A stretch of 63,341 nucleotides of DNA, filler included, from Hyphochytrium catenoides (lineage: Eukaryota > Protista > Hyphochytriomycota), in NCBI GenBank assembly GCA_900088475.1. It is 3 parts of 3 records of this genome, joined end to end, with 100 filler letters (N's around TTAATTAATTAA, not from the genome) between each part and the next. Parts side by side here need not be neighbours in the genome. Positions count along the whole stretch, not along the records: positions 35,496 to 63,341 come from FLMG01003383.1; 2 more parts are not named here. The stretch is one strand, 5' to 3'. Shown here piece by piece: positions 45,045 through 56,435 of the stretch. A program made the translations under genes and the position numbers. Each line of letters begins with the position of its first letter. The first letter of the stretch is position 1. The notes beneath the pieces were generated by a model. The model had not been told where the DNA came from, searched no databases, and saw only the letters and a program-made list of their open reading frames with translations.

Positions 45045-48000
45045 CTATTCAGCCGTGGATGTCGAAGGCTGGGCCTCCTCGGCCGACCCGTTCGGCTCTC
45101 CAGACTATGTAAAGAGCGTTCGAGGGTGAGTGCCCAGTCAGCAATAAAGAGAAAGAGGCTCGTGGGGTCTGAAAACGAAGGAAAACAAACTAGCTGGCTC
45201 TTTGAAGGATAAGCGGATGTAACATGGTGGTCAAAGGGCAATTGAGGATAGACAACGACGAAAGGTGAATGTGCAAAAAGACCATTGATAAGAAGAACCC
45301 CTCCTTCTCACCTTATTTTTCTGCAGGGATCTCCTTCTGTCAAGCCGCCACCGCAGATGGTCCTAAAGATCCGATGTGACTGACGTGAATGGAACTGCAA
45401 GCGGTAATCAACTCACCTGCATGTAGTTGGCCATCATCTTTGAGGACTGCAGAAGAGACCGAAATCTGCTCCCTTCAATCTTGATCAAGGTGCTCGGTTT
45501 GAGGCATTTGACAGTAGCTCCCCGCTATTTCACCGCAAGGTAGGAGGGTTGTCCAGCACAAAGAAGCCCGCAGGGAGAGTTTTAGCTGCTATGATGACAT
45601 GAGAAGAACCTCCTTTCTTTCTTACCTCGGCTGGTAAGGGGCAGTCTGTGAGGAGTCCTGAGACACCAAGAGGAAAGTACTCACCAGGAACCAGACGGTC
45701 GACTACCTGCACAAGTTAACAAGCTCTTTAGAAACAGAAGACCAACCGAAGAATAACAGACTGTTAACGAGCGTTAGCCTAGCTGCTGCGACTATGCGCT
45801 CTAGAAAAACACTAGGCTGCCTTGGTAAATTCGGGCTTCGTGTGCAAGATGCACAGTCTCAGTGCTTGTTACCTTTCCTTTAGTGGTAACTTCAAGCTCC
45901 CCATCCACTACGACATAAAAGTAGTCATTTAACTCTCCTTCTTTGACAATAACGTCTCCCGCCTCACACCTAACAGAGAGATGTTAAGAGGCTGGAAGCT
46001 TGGATGGTAGTGACCGTTCTTGCCCATCGGCGAACAGCTCGTCATCTCTCCGATAAATCTGTATCACCCTCACAATCACCATCATGCTGGACTACATCTT
46101 CCATCAACCTTGCTGTTCTTTTGACAAAGCTTTTTGAGAGATTTGTAGGTTTACCTGACTTCAGAGAGATCAGTGGCATCCTTGATGAGGGAGAGGAGGT
46201 GGCCGATGACCCGTTGGGTAGCGACTATACTTATACTCTCATTCACATTACTGAAGACGTCTGTGAGCTTGGCAAAGTCGCCCGGTAGCAGCCTCAGTAA
46301 CTGGAGCCAGAGCCAATAATTAGCAGTGGATTCCTCAACATCCCGATGAACGCGGGTTACCAGCACCAGACATGGGAAGAATCATGAGTTATACCTTGCA
46401 AGTAGGAGAGCTGCAAAAGTAAGATGCCATCCTGGGTGCTACTTCTCCATCCGCGGTCAGTATCTCTAGTTCCCCGAAATGCGTCCCCTACAGTCAGAGA
46501 TTAGTCCAGGCGAGCCTTGATAAAAGAGTCCACCTACTCCTTCATTCACCCCATCCTACCGGCAAGATCTTGGCTACCAAGGTCACCGAATTCTCCTCGT
46601 CCAACTTCAAGGGGTTTTTAGCTAACACCATAACCTGCCCAAAGTAGACGTCGGAGACCAAAACGAATGGCAGTCAAATGAAGAGGATGGGAATAGATGT
46701 CAGTGTGGCATATCTCGCTGGCCACCAATGGTGACTTACCTCTCCATCAAGAAGAATGTATACTGCGTCACTCCTCTCGCCTTCTTCAATGATCAAATCA
46801 TACTCTTTACGTTCATACGAGGGCAAGCTGGAAATCGCTTGCCTTATGTTGTCATACTAGAGAAACAGCGTGCGGTGTGAGCATTTTGGGCATTCGACAT
46901 GAACTGAACGGTTTATACATGTGGTAAGGAATGACTAGACAATCCATAGGGAATGACATGACTAGAGAGTCTATAGGAATTGACCCTTACCTTGATGGCG
47001 TTATCGCTTACATCAGGGTCACCGCTAGCTGCACTTAACATTTCTCCAGCTTCCTCGTCACTGAGATCCTCACTGCAGAAGGAGAAGATGTCATTTCTGT
47101 CGCGCTCTCTCAACGGTTGACAAGGAGAAAGAACCCGGCGGAGGAGCACCAGTCTGGCTGGGGGAGAGAGTGGCAAAGAGACGTTCGAGTTACTCACCCT
47201 AGCCCAGATGCAACCCTTTTAAGGTCTTCTGCAGTAATGAATCCTTTACTACTTAGGTCAAAGACATTCAGGGCAAATAGGGTCGCATTTGCCTTATCTA
47301 CAGCGTTCTCTCTATATGTCAGCCAGTTAGAGCGCCGGAAATCACGAGACAAAGGAGGAAACGAGACTATTACAGCTTGCGAGATACGTGGACTCATCGC
47401 TCTCCATCCACATACAAAAAAGGCATTGGTTCCTTACTTATCAGCCGACATCCCCCATGCAAAGTTCTGCAAGCGAGTAAGCGTGCGTCTCAGTTTCAGC
47501 TCCGCAACCACGTCCCTGAAGCCTTTGCCGTCCGCATTGGCAGCACCGACTAATACCGCCAGAATAGAGGCCTGAAGCCTCCGCCTGCCTCGCTGAAACC
47601 TTCTGAGCGATTCTGACACATCCTGGTGCGGTCATACGAGGGTCAGACAGTATTTCTCCCACTTCATTGCGTGCCTACTAACAGGAAGGGGCTCTCCTGG
47701 TAGCTCTGAGTCCGCTGCCAGCCATGGGTGACGTAATGCTTCCTCAGCCGTCAGCCTCGTATCAGGCGAATCTGCATGGATAGTCAATAGTGTACTCAAG
47801 ATGACTGAAGTCACGGTGTGTAGATGTGCGTCAGAAACTGTCGCACAGATTGAGAAAGATCCCTAATACATTACACGTAGAACAGAAGCTGGGGCATCCA
47901 AGTTGAATGCCTGAACATACCGGTGATTAGCCTTGAAATGAGATCTTTGGCTTCGGCGCTGATATGATTCCAGACAGGCTCATCGAACGTCCAGTTGCTA

Positions 48001-49936
48001 GCTTTGATTTGCTCTACAAACTGCAAGTTGAGAGGCAAAAAGACGTCGTAAAATAACTCGTACATGCCCCTAAAAGCAGAGGATAACCCTATACCTGGTC
48101 ATCGTCATACTTGTTAGTGGGATCAAAGGGATGGTAGCCCGCCAGCAGTATGTACATTGTGACACCAAAGGCCCACCTTCCTCATGGTAGGAGAAGCAGA
48201 AAGTATAATGAGAACGGGGGGAACGGCCGGTACCATGATTTCGAACAAAGACGAGGAGAAAAGAGGGAGGGAGCAGGAAGAGATAGGAAGTTGAAGATAT
48301 AGCCAAGCAAAAGAGCCTCGGCGTAGTGCCCTTACATGTCCGCAGGTAACCCTATTGCCTTGCTTCCATTATAGTACTCGGGTGCCGTATAGGATGGCGT
48401 TCCTTTGCTAGGCCAAGGTTGATCACCTGCGCGAAAGGAGATTCCAAAGTCTACCAGGCTGAGTTTTTTATTCTCATCCACCTACGAGATGGTAGTGCAA
48501 TTGTTGGGCAGACGCCATCACAAGTCAGCGTCAATACGCAGTAGGAAGCCAACCAAACTGATATACCAGAGTATTTTCTGGCTTTAGATCCCCGTGTACG
48601 ATACCTTTCCGATGCAGATGCAGTAAGGCGCTACACAGCTGACGCAGAATGCCTGCTGCCTGTCGAGACAGTCACAAAGGGAGAAACTCCTTTACTACGG
48701 TGCACAGCACTATTCGTAAGCACATCAGTAGGAGCTTACATCGCGCTCAGAGTAATGTCCGTCCCTAGCTAAGCAATCTAAAAGATCTATTCCTGGAACT
48801 AGTTCCTAAACAATGACAAAGAGAAGCATGTTATATAGGTATATGCGAAACGGGGGACTTGGAGACAGAGGGAGAGGCTGAAGCATCTCGGACTTATATT
48901 CATAGACGAGATTGCAAGAAGCAAGGCAGGACTACACCGCACCCGCAAAACAGGCGTCAGTTTCCTTCCTGCCTCCCTTGCCTACCTGCACTATATACCA
49001 ATGTGTATCTGTGGCCAAAACATCAATCAGGGAAGGGATATTTGGGTGCTGTCCGGCAATTTTTAGGACGTCGACTTCACCCCAAAAGACGCTGATGACA
49101 GACAGCGCGCGCGCGAGAGAGAGAGAGAGAGAGAAGGAGAGAGAGAGAGAAGGAGAGAGAGATGCCATGAATAGGGGCTTTAACGCCGGAAGAAACACAG
49201 TCACCAACCGGGCATGGATATTTGTTTTGTCCATCTCCTTGATGGCCACCATTTGACCCGTTTTTCTGTCCTTTGCCTTCAGGACTTTCCCATATCCTCC
49301 TGACCCTGCAGGTCAATGGGGAAGGTTAGTTTTCCATGCAAATTCAAGGAACTTTGGCAACACCTAATGGGGCTTTAGATAGCTCTCCATCACGCTTTAT
49401 GTTCAGTCGTGTTCACCTAGCTGCCCAGGCTCCACGAGGTAGAACTCCTCTATCGACTTAGCCTTTCGCGGGAAGGTGATGCCAGCGCTAGGGCTGCACT
49501 GTGGTAGGTTGGCGATGGAGCCACTTTCGTCCTCCTGCAGGCCGCACAGGCCAAGCAAAGACACCAAGCCCGTGGCTAAGACTGGACTTAACCATCCTCT
49601 GAGGGAGATAAGGTGTGAGATCATAAGAAAGGTAGCGGAAAGGTGGTGCATAGCACGAACAACGACCTAGAAACGGGGAAAGCAATTCTAGAGGTAACGG
49701 TAGGGGACATTGAGCAACGCACTTCGCTGGAAGGCCAAAGGTGCAGCGCCAGAATGACTATGAGGACGTTCCCTTTGCGTCTACCTCTGATGCTGAAACC
49801 GGTAGTTTGCCAGGCAAGAAGTTGAAAGATGCGGCTCTCGAGGGCTAGGCTTCCCAAATGCCCTTCGAAGAAGAGTAGAGTGCCCTGAAGAAGACACCCA
49901 TCGTCGACCTCTAGCCCTTGCGATGGCTTGCAACAT
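45045..49936 (-). CDS. CaMK/CDPK-like Ser/Thr kinase with EF-hand-like pair and two C-terminal cyclic-nucleotide-binding domains
   Basis: Kinase motifs LG|[43 protein letters not shown]. Then [30 protein letters not shown] (EF-like), [18 protein letters not shown]...HFGELEIL...PRMAS (cNMP 1) and [21 protein letters not shown] (cNMP 2). Confidence 0.85.
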
Positions 49937-50461
49937 CGTCTCCCACCCCCGATCTCCCAGCCACTTGATGGTCGTTCAACTACTATCTGCTTGACATTTC
50001 ATCCATGCAGCAGGACGACATCTCCATAGCCTAGCGTGGTGCTGCCTATCAGGAGACGGACGACCATGGACGAGATGGGAAGGACCAAAGGCAGAAGTTG
50101 TTCGAGGTGTGGCGGTTGCTATAGGATGTCGAGGCGATGGGCAAGAATCCCAAATCGAAGATAGAGATCGCCAGACCACTGATGATGGTTCGCAGAGACT
50201 GACAGGTGTCAGACAGAGTGGCGACGAGAGAGAGAGAAAAAGGTAGGTTGTTGAAGTGCTGTGATTAGACAGAGGCTACAAGAGAGACGCTGCGAGTGGA
50301 AGACAGAAAAAGGGAAAGTAAGCAAGCCTCTTTGCAAAATACCTTGGGAATTCTTCCTAGAAGGAAAGCTATAGATTGCTCCTGATACTATAACCTGTAA
50401 GATCATTGAAATGTTTCAGCTGGAAAGAAATGCCATATTATTCACTAGTTACAAACGGCGG

Positions 50462-52301
50462 TTAGCGACTCTCCTGGCATTTGGCGCATGAGCATGTGAA
50501 GAGATACTCTTTCAGCTGTTCTTGGCGCGTCTCATGCGGCTCGCTCTCTTCAATGTAAGAGATGCAGAGCTCCTCTCCTTCCTCGATGTCTCTATTGGCT
50601 CTAACGGAGCAACTGCCGTCCAGATTGTACTGGATGAACACATTGGGCACACAGCTGTGGTTCATACTGCAGACGAGACTGTACAGCGCCGTCCCTTCTA
50701 CTCTCGGGAAGAGTTCTGATGTGATCGTAACAGAGTTCTTGGTATTTTGAGGCTGGCTTTTAGCTCCGGCTTCTTCGTCCGAAGGTTGTTTATCTTGGTT
50801 GATATCACTGCGGGTGGTGCTGCTGTCGTCATTGTCTTCCTCTTCGTCTCCATCTGCGAATGACTCTGCCACCTTCCTAAGGTAGGGTCCCAGGATCTTT
50901 GCTGCCTCTCCACGTCCTTCTTCAATGGTCATGGAGTTCACTTCCTCGAGATACAGCACCAGAGGGGATGGCACCTCTAAGCTTATGTTGTTTAGCTCAA
51001 AGGTCCCAACCACGCACGAGTAGAACTCTTCCGTCACTAGCTCGTCGAGGATGCGCTACGAGGGAGACGAGAGTCTGATGAATGCCAAGAGTAAAACCAC
51101 GACAAAGAGAACGGTAGACCATCAGTATGAAGAGGATGCATGACGATGACGTTCAAAATACCCTCAAACAGCGCTAGAAGTGAGAGGCAGGGAGTGCCCT
51201 TATTGCCAAAAGCTGGAGGCAGGATCCAAAAGAAGACCGGGGAGAGAGGGAGGCTCGATTGAATTGTGCAGTCCCGACATCCTAATGCCTACCTCAACTT
51301 CGTGCGGGTCGATAGTGTTGAGGGCCTCCACACGGTGGATGATGGCTCTTTTCAGCAAATCAACTGAGTCGTTCAGAAGTTCTTTGAAGATAGCCAAATA
51401 AATATCCAAAGACGGAGCTTCTCCATCTTCAGGGTCATAGCTGACCGCGATAATATCTTCCCACCGCGTCCTATGGAAGATGTCAAAGGGCATCTTACAA
51501 GCCTTGAGGTCGGCAGCACCGCTTTCTCTCGTCTTCTTGATCCACTCGCAAAGGATTTGTGCCACGACGCGCCCAGCAAGAAGGAAAATCTCATTGGTCT
51601 CTATCTCACAGGACCAGAAAGAGAAAAGGTCAAAGGTAAGTAAAAGCTTAGTAGTGCAGTCGTCAGCAATGCTTGAGGCTTGGTGTCTTACCAAGAGAGT
51701 GATCCACAAACTCTGTCACTGGCGATACAGACTGTCCTTCGGAGCAGAGCAGGCAGTGGTATTGGCCAAAAGCTTCCTCCCTACATTGCTCACTGCAGTA
51801 GAGCTCGCCACACGAGCAAGGTACGGGAGACGCAATGTCTGGCTTCTTAGGGAAAGGAGGAGATGTAAACTCCTCCACTGGCTCCCCATCTAGAAGTTTA
51901 GAAAGCTGTTCCTCTATCGAGCCCAGCGCCTTAAAGCAGTGTGCGCATCCATCGATCAATTGCTGGCAGTAAAGTCCAGACAGAACGCAGATAATGGTCA
52001 GAAAGACTACAAGAGAAAAGTGACATCGACCACGAGGAGATCAAAACGGACCAAAGTCGAACCTTATTGTCTATCTCCTGCAGCGCAACCACTGGCCGCT
52101 CTGTCCACACTTCGTCTCCCACGCGGATGGACTTCTTAGCGAAGACGCCTTTCCCTTTGTCTCCTCCTATCCACTGAACCCTGGAAGCGCTCCATTAAAT
52201 TAGACTGGCCAATGCACAAATACTAGGTCTTCTTACCGAATCGGTTTATCAGCAATGAGAGCTTCGAAATAGTCCTGCACCAAAAGGTGTGTTAGGTCCA
52301 T
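50462..52301 (-). CDS. SET and MYND-type histone-lysine methyltransferase, SMYD5/ATXR2-like
   Basis: GKGVFAKK; CAHCFKALGSIEEQ; PCSCGELYCSEQCREEAFGQYHCLLC; ETNEIFLLAG; ALYSLVCSMNHSCVPN; IEEGEELCISYI; YLFTCSCAKC (post-SET). Confidence 0.9.
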
Positions 52302-52804
52302 GGCTTTCGACTTTCAGCCCACCGGTAAAGAGCCTGCCCCACACTGACCTGGTGTTCCATGTATCCTTCTGCCATCAATAGAACGCGTCGGTGGTCAGGC
52401 TACCTCTGCGTCAGGGCTATCCTGTCAAGAGTCTGCCTACCCTTCCAACGATGAGTTCACAGAGTAAGACACGATCCTAATGGCGGTGCAGCTTGGGCCT
52501 AGTCCATAATCGTTCTGGAGGATATAAGCGAGGTGGAGACACATAGGGACATAGGTCACGAGTGATGAGCAGTCAGAGACAAGCACATAAGAAGCACTCC
52601 CTGGAACTACTAAGAGCTGAAAGGATGAAAACGGCTGCGAGCATAAGCTTCTGAACTCAGAATCACCCCCTCCACTGAAAACACACCTCTTGCTTTCACT
52701 CCAAGGGTAGATCTGACGGACATGGAGGATCACAAATAAGACCAGTTTGTGCAGTTACTAGCTCTGGTTGACCAGCAAGGAGTAACGGCCGTCCATCACC
52801 GAAG

Positions 52805-52856
52805 TGAGAAGCTCCTTGTGTCGTCCCTGTCCCTGAGAAGCTCCTTGTGTCGTCCC
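52805..52856. repeat. Short direct repeat (TGAGAAGCTCCTTGTGTCGTCCC x2, 29-bp period)
   Basis: Two copies at 52805-52827 and 52834-52856. Confidence 0.85.
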
Positions 52857-53540
52857 CTGGGGGTAGCGAGCGGTCTCACACAAGTGCACAAGTGAAAAGC
52901 AAGGGCATGCGTCCTGCCACTGACAGTGGATTGCATTGCTGCTTGCTTGCTTGTCCTATCTTTTCATAGAAGCCATGGGGCCCACTAACCTCTCTAACAC
53001 TTTGTTCCTGTGTCCTTGCACGCCTGGCGTTTGGTTTTGCTTAGCCTCCTTTTCGTCCTTGTGTCCCATGCTTGTAGGTGGGCTCTCCTCGCTTTGCTCC
53101 GTCAGCAGCTGATGATGTCGCTGCTCCTGCCGGTACCTGCGCCATTCACTCTCGTGTGTGGAGGATCGCTTACCTTCTTCAACCAGATCTGATCGCTGTA
53201 TAGAAAAGGATGCAGGCTCGACATGGGTTGACCTTTGCACTTAAGGTGATTGATGACAACGATTCTGCACGTTGTCCAAGAATGGCAAGATCCCCTCTTA
53301 GGAGCTCCTCGAAGGCGGGGTTGATAAAAAATAAGCGATGTCCCGTCTTTCTTCTGCTAAAGGCTTCGTGACCATTGCGACAACAAATGAACGAGACCAT
53401 ACAAAACGCTTGTCGATTAATTAGCCATATCAGAACAATAGAGGCAATAACCACCGCCGCAATCTTGGTTGGCGTCGGGAGAAGAGAGAACTGAGAATCT
53501 AAGTGTGGTCAAAACAAAGGGGGCCTGATACTGACGACGA

Positions 53541-56388
53541 TCAAAATCGACTCTGCAGCAACCGTGATAACTCCTCCCAGTGATGCATAATAGCACGAGC
53601 CCCAGCCACTTCCAGCTTCTTCGAAGCTAGCTCACGCTTGTGAGGGGGTAGGCTGCCCACGTACCCAATGACAGGGATGCCCGCCCCAACAGCAGAGAGA
53701 GTGCCATTTACAGAGTCTTCTATAGCAACGCATTGGTCTGGACCTGCTCTCAGATCTTGCAAGGCGTGACAGTAAACCGCCTTGTCAGGCTTACTCTTAG
53801 GTACAGGGAGAGAGGAGACAGCACTGTAGACGTGGTCCTTAGGAATTCTCAAGTCAAGCCTTGTCTTCTCTAGACAAGCCCTGACTCGAGGAAGAGAACT
53901 GGATGATACCACCGCAAAGTTTGTGCCTATAGGAAGAGTAGGAGAGAAGGTGAGGAGTAGATCAAAGACACATAAGATAAATGAAAGGTATAGCGATCTC
54001 AACGGAAAGAGGAACAAGTGCCAGAGAGGAGGAGAACCTAGAGACGGACAGCTACACAGACAAAAGAGAGGTTAAGGGCCAACTGCGGATCAACACTAAG
54101 AGAAAGGAGCGTGAACCCAAGGTGGAGAAGATTCGTGATTCTACCTGTCCCTTCCAGGAACTCTAACATTGCCGAGACACCCGAGCACGTCTCTACTCTT
54201 TCCTGCAAGTACCCAGTGACCCGCGCATCTTCCTGTAGGGCCAATTCATCCAGCTCCTGCGGTCCAACGGCAAAGTTATGCTTCTTTGCTAGTTCCAGAA
54301 CAATGCCCCTGAAGGCCATACCAACATATGCAGACTCCAGCTCATGGGGTAGGTAGCGGTCAGAAACGCCCTTCCGTTGCAACAGCTCATTGAGGACGCC
54401 GGTGCAAGCCTCAAAGGCGTAAGTCTCAGAGTTGACCAGTGTTCCATCACAGTCCAGTAGAAGGAACTGCCAACTGGGAGCACACGCTAGGGCCTTTGGA
54501 GACAGGGTACCGGTGGGGCTGCTGACTTTGTTGGGAGAAGATGGAGTTTGGTGCTCGGTGTCCAAGAAGTGCTCAATAGCTCTTTGTAGACCCAGAGCGG
54601 AGATTAGCTGCAGGCTGAAGGTGAAGAGCTGGATGAACTCCTTTATCTCAGCGACTCTAAGGAACCGAGAGTCGTCCAGAACCTCTCCAACCTGTCTGAG
54701 AAGCACTTGTACTTCAGCTGGAGAGGCTTTTCCCGTAGCACCGAGCTCTATCTGATCACTAAGAATGAGAAGGTTGTCCGCTAGAGGGTCATCCTGCTCA
54801 ATGTGACTTCCCGTTTCGCTGGAAGATGAGAAATTCACCATCCAGATTGCTGCAGCAAAGGCAGGACCCAGGAGAACATCCTGGCTGGCTTCATACGCCT
54901 GCAGGATGGGCTCAAAGAAGCGCTGAGCCACCTTCCTAGTGGAGCAGCGGCTGATGCGTGAAATGGAGTCAGCGATTTGCTCGTTGCGAAACCTTTCTCT
55001 TATGGATGACGCGTACTTTGCCAAAGTCTCTCTCGTATCTGGACACCCAGGAATGCTCAGAAGGACCTCACAGAAGTCCCTGTGAAGCTGGGACAGTAGT
55101 CGGTATACACGCGGGTCCTTCAGAGCATCGTGGACCCATGTATAGCCCAGTCTCTGGCCGCAAACCGCAATGACATGGTGTCCACCATTCACCAAGAAAG
55201 CCTTACGCTTCCAATAATAACCGCAATCCTGCACAACCTCCGCCCCGGCTTGCGTCCAATCGGGATTCTCATATTTCAGGTTGTTTGGAGCGATGACGAA
55301 GCTCTTGAAGGTCTCGGTGTGAACCTGGACGTGCCCCAAACAAGGATCAGGGGAAGGAGAAGAGAAAGAGTTGCTGTTGGTCTTCTTCTTCTCCGCTCTG
55401 TGCTTATTCGCAGATCGTGCTGCGGTGTCTAAGCTGCTAACCTTCATGTCCGAGGCGATTCTGTCTACCATCGTTGTTAAAAACTGAACGTTCTCTTCAA
55501 CCCACTCAGCTGTCTCTGGCTCGGTGTGCCTCAAGATAGTCAATAGAGCCGTCTGCAGTCTCGTTCCATTGTTCTCGCAATTGTCGAGAGACATGATGGT
55601 CAGCGGGCGCTTGCTCCGTTGCCGTCTCAGAGTCAAGCCTGGATGTAGCAGATGGGGTAAGATAAAGGTAGCCAGGGGAGCAAATAAAAGGAAGGACCCC
55701 GGCGGAAGCACTCAGAGGCAAGAGAAGCCGATAAGAAGCGAAGACGTCAAGAAACTGATGGAGAAGAGAGCACGGAGAGGAGGCGGAAGAGGAGAACAGA
55801 GGGCACGTATGGCAGAGGAAGAGGAGAAGAGGAAACAGCAGTTTTGATATTCAATAATAATGAGGAGAAAGGAGGCTCTGTACCGTTCACGAGATAGCCG
55901 TAGATTGTCCTTGGCGCGGCTCCACCCTTGTGGTGCTCGCCTTCTAACCAATTGAGGTCAAACTGAACGTTCCAGTCACCAAGGTTCAAAGCACCATCTT
56001 GGAGAAAGTAGCCTTCGGAGGTCACGGTCAGAGTGACCACGCGGATGCGCGGATCTGCAAGCCATTGGACCAGCCGGTCAGGGTCACGCGATGCTGCCAC
56101 TGTCTCCACTATGGGCGCCAACAGCGAGAGACGCTTGCATCTCTGGTCTTTCTCCTGCAGCAGGTACATCCCATCTCTTGCCTTTAGATGCTCCACCACT
56201 TCGCAGGAGCGGATGGAGGAGGCAACAATGCCCCAAGAAGGATCTGTTCGGAGGATATCCTGGACGAACGGTCCCAGAAAGGCGAGGGAGAACTTCCCTG
56301 TGCCAATATGAAGGATGCCCGGGGTGACTTGGGAAGAGTCAAAGCTTGGCGTTGAGATAAGAGCCTCCTCTTCTGCCTGATTCATCAT
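53541..56388 (-). CDS. Fusion of a long-chain mannitol dehydrogenase-family domain and a HAD phosphatase (M1Pase-like); 794 aa; exons 56388-55884, 55638-54145, 53926-53541
   Basis: Exon lengths 505+1494+386 = 2385 nt, in frame. Dehydrogenase motifs: GILHIGTG, VVTLTVTSEGY, MSLDN, MVDRI, RKAFLVNGGH, RFRN...DSISRI. HAD motifs: LLDCDGTLVNSE, VVSSS, SKPDKAVY, AIEDSVNG. Confidence 0.92.
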
Positions 56389-56403
56389 TCTCTCCACGTG
56401 CTT

Positions 56404-56435
<32 letters not shown>

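Noticed and set aside
52956-53454. Short minus-strand ORFs between the SMYD5-like and mannitol genes
   Set aside because: No recognisable motif and no coherent exon chain; may be 3' UTR or intergenic.
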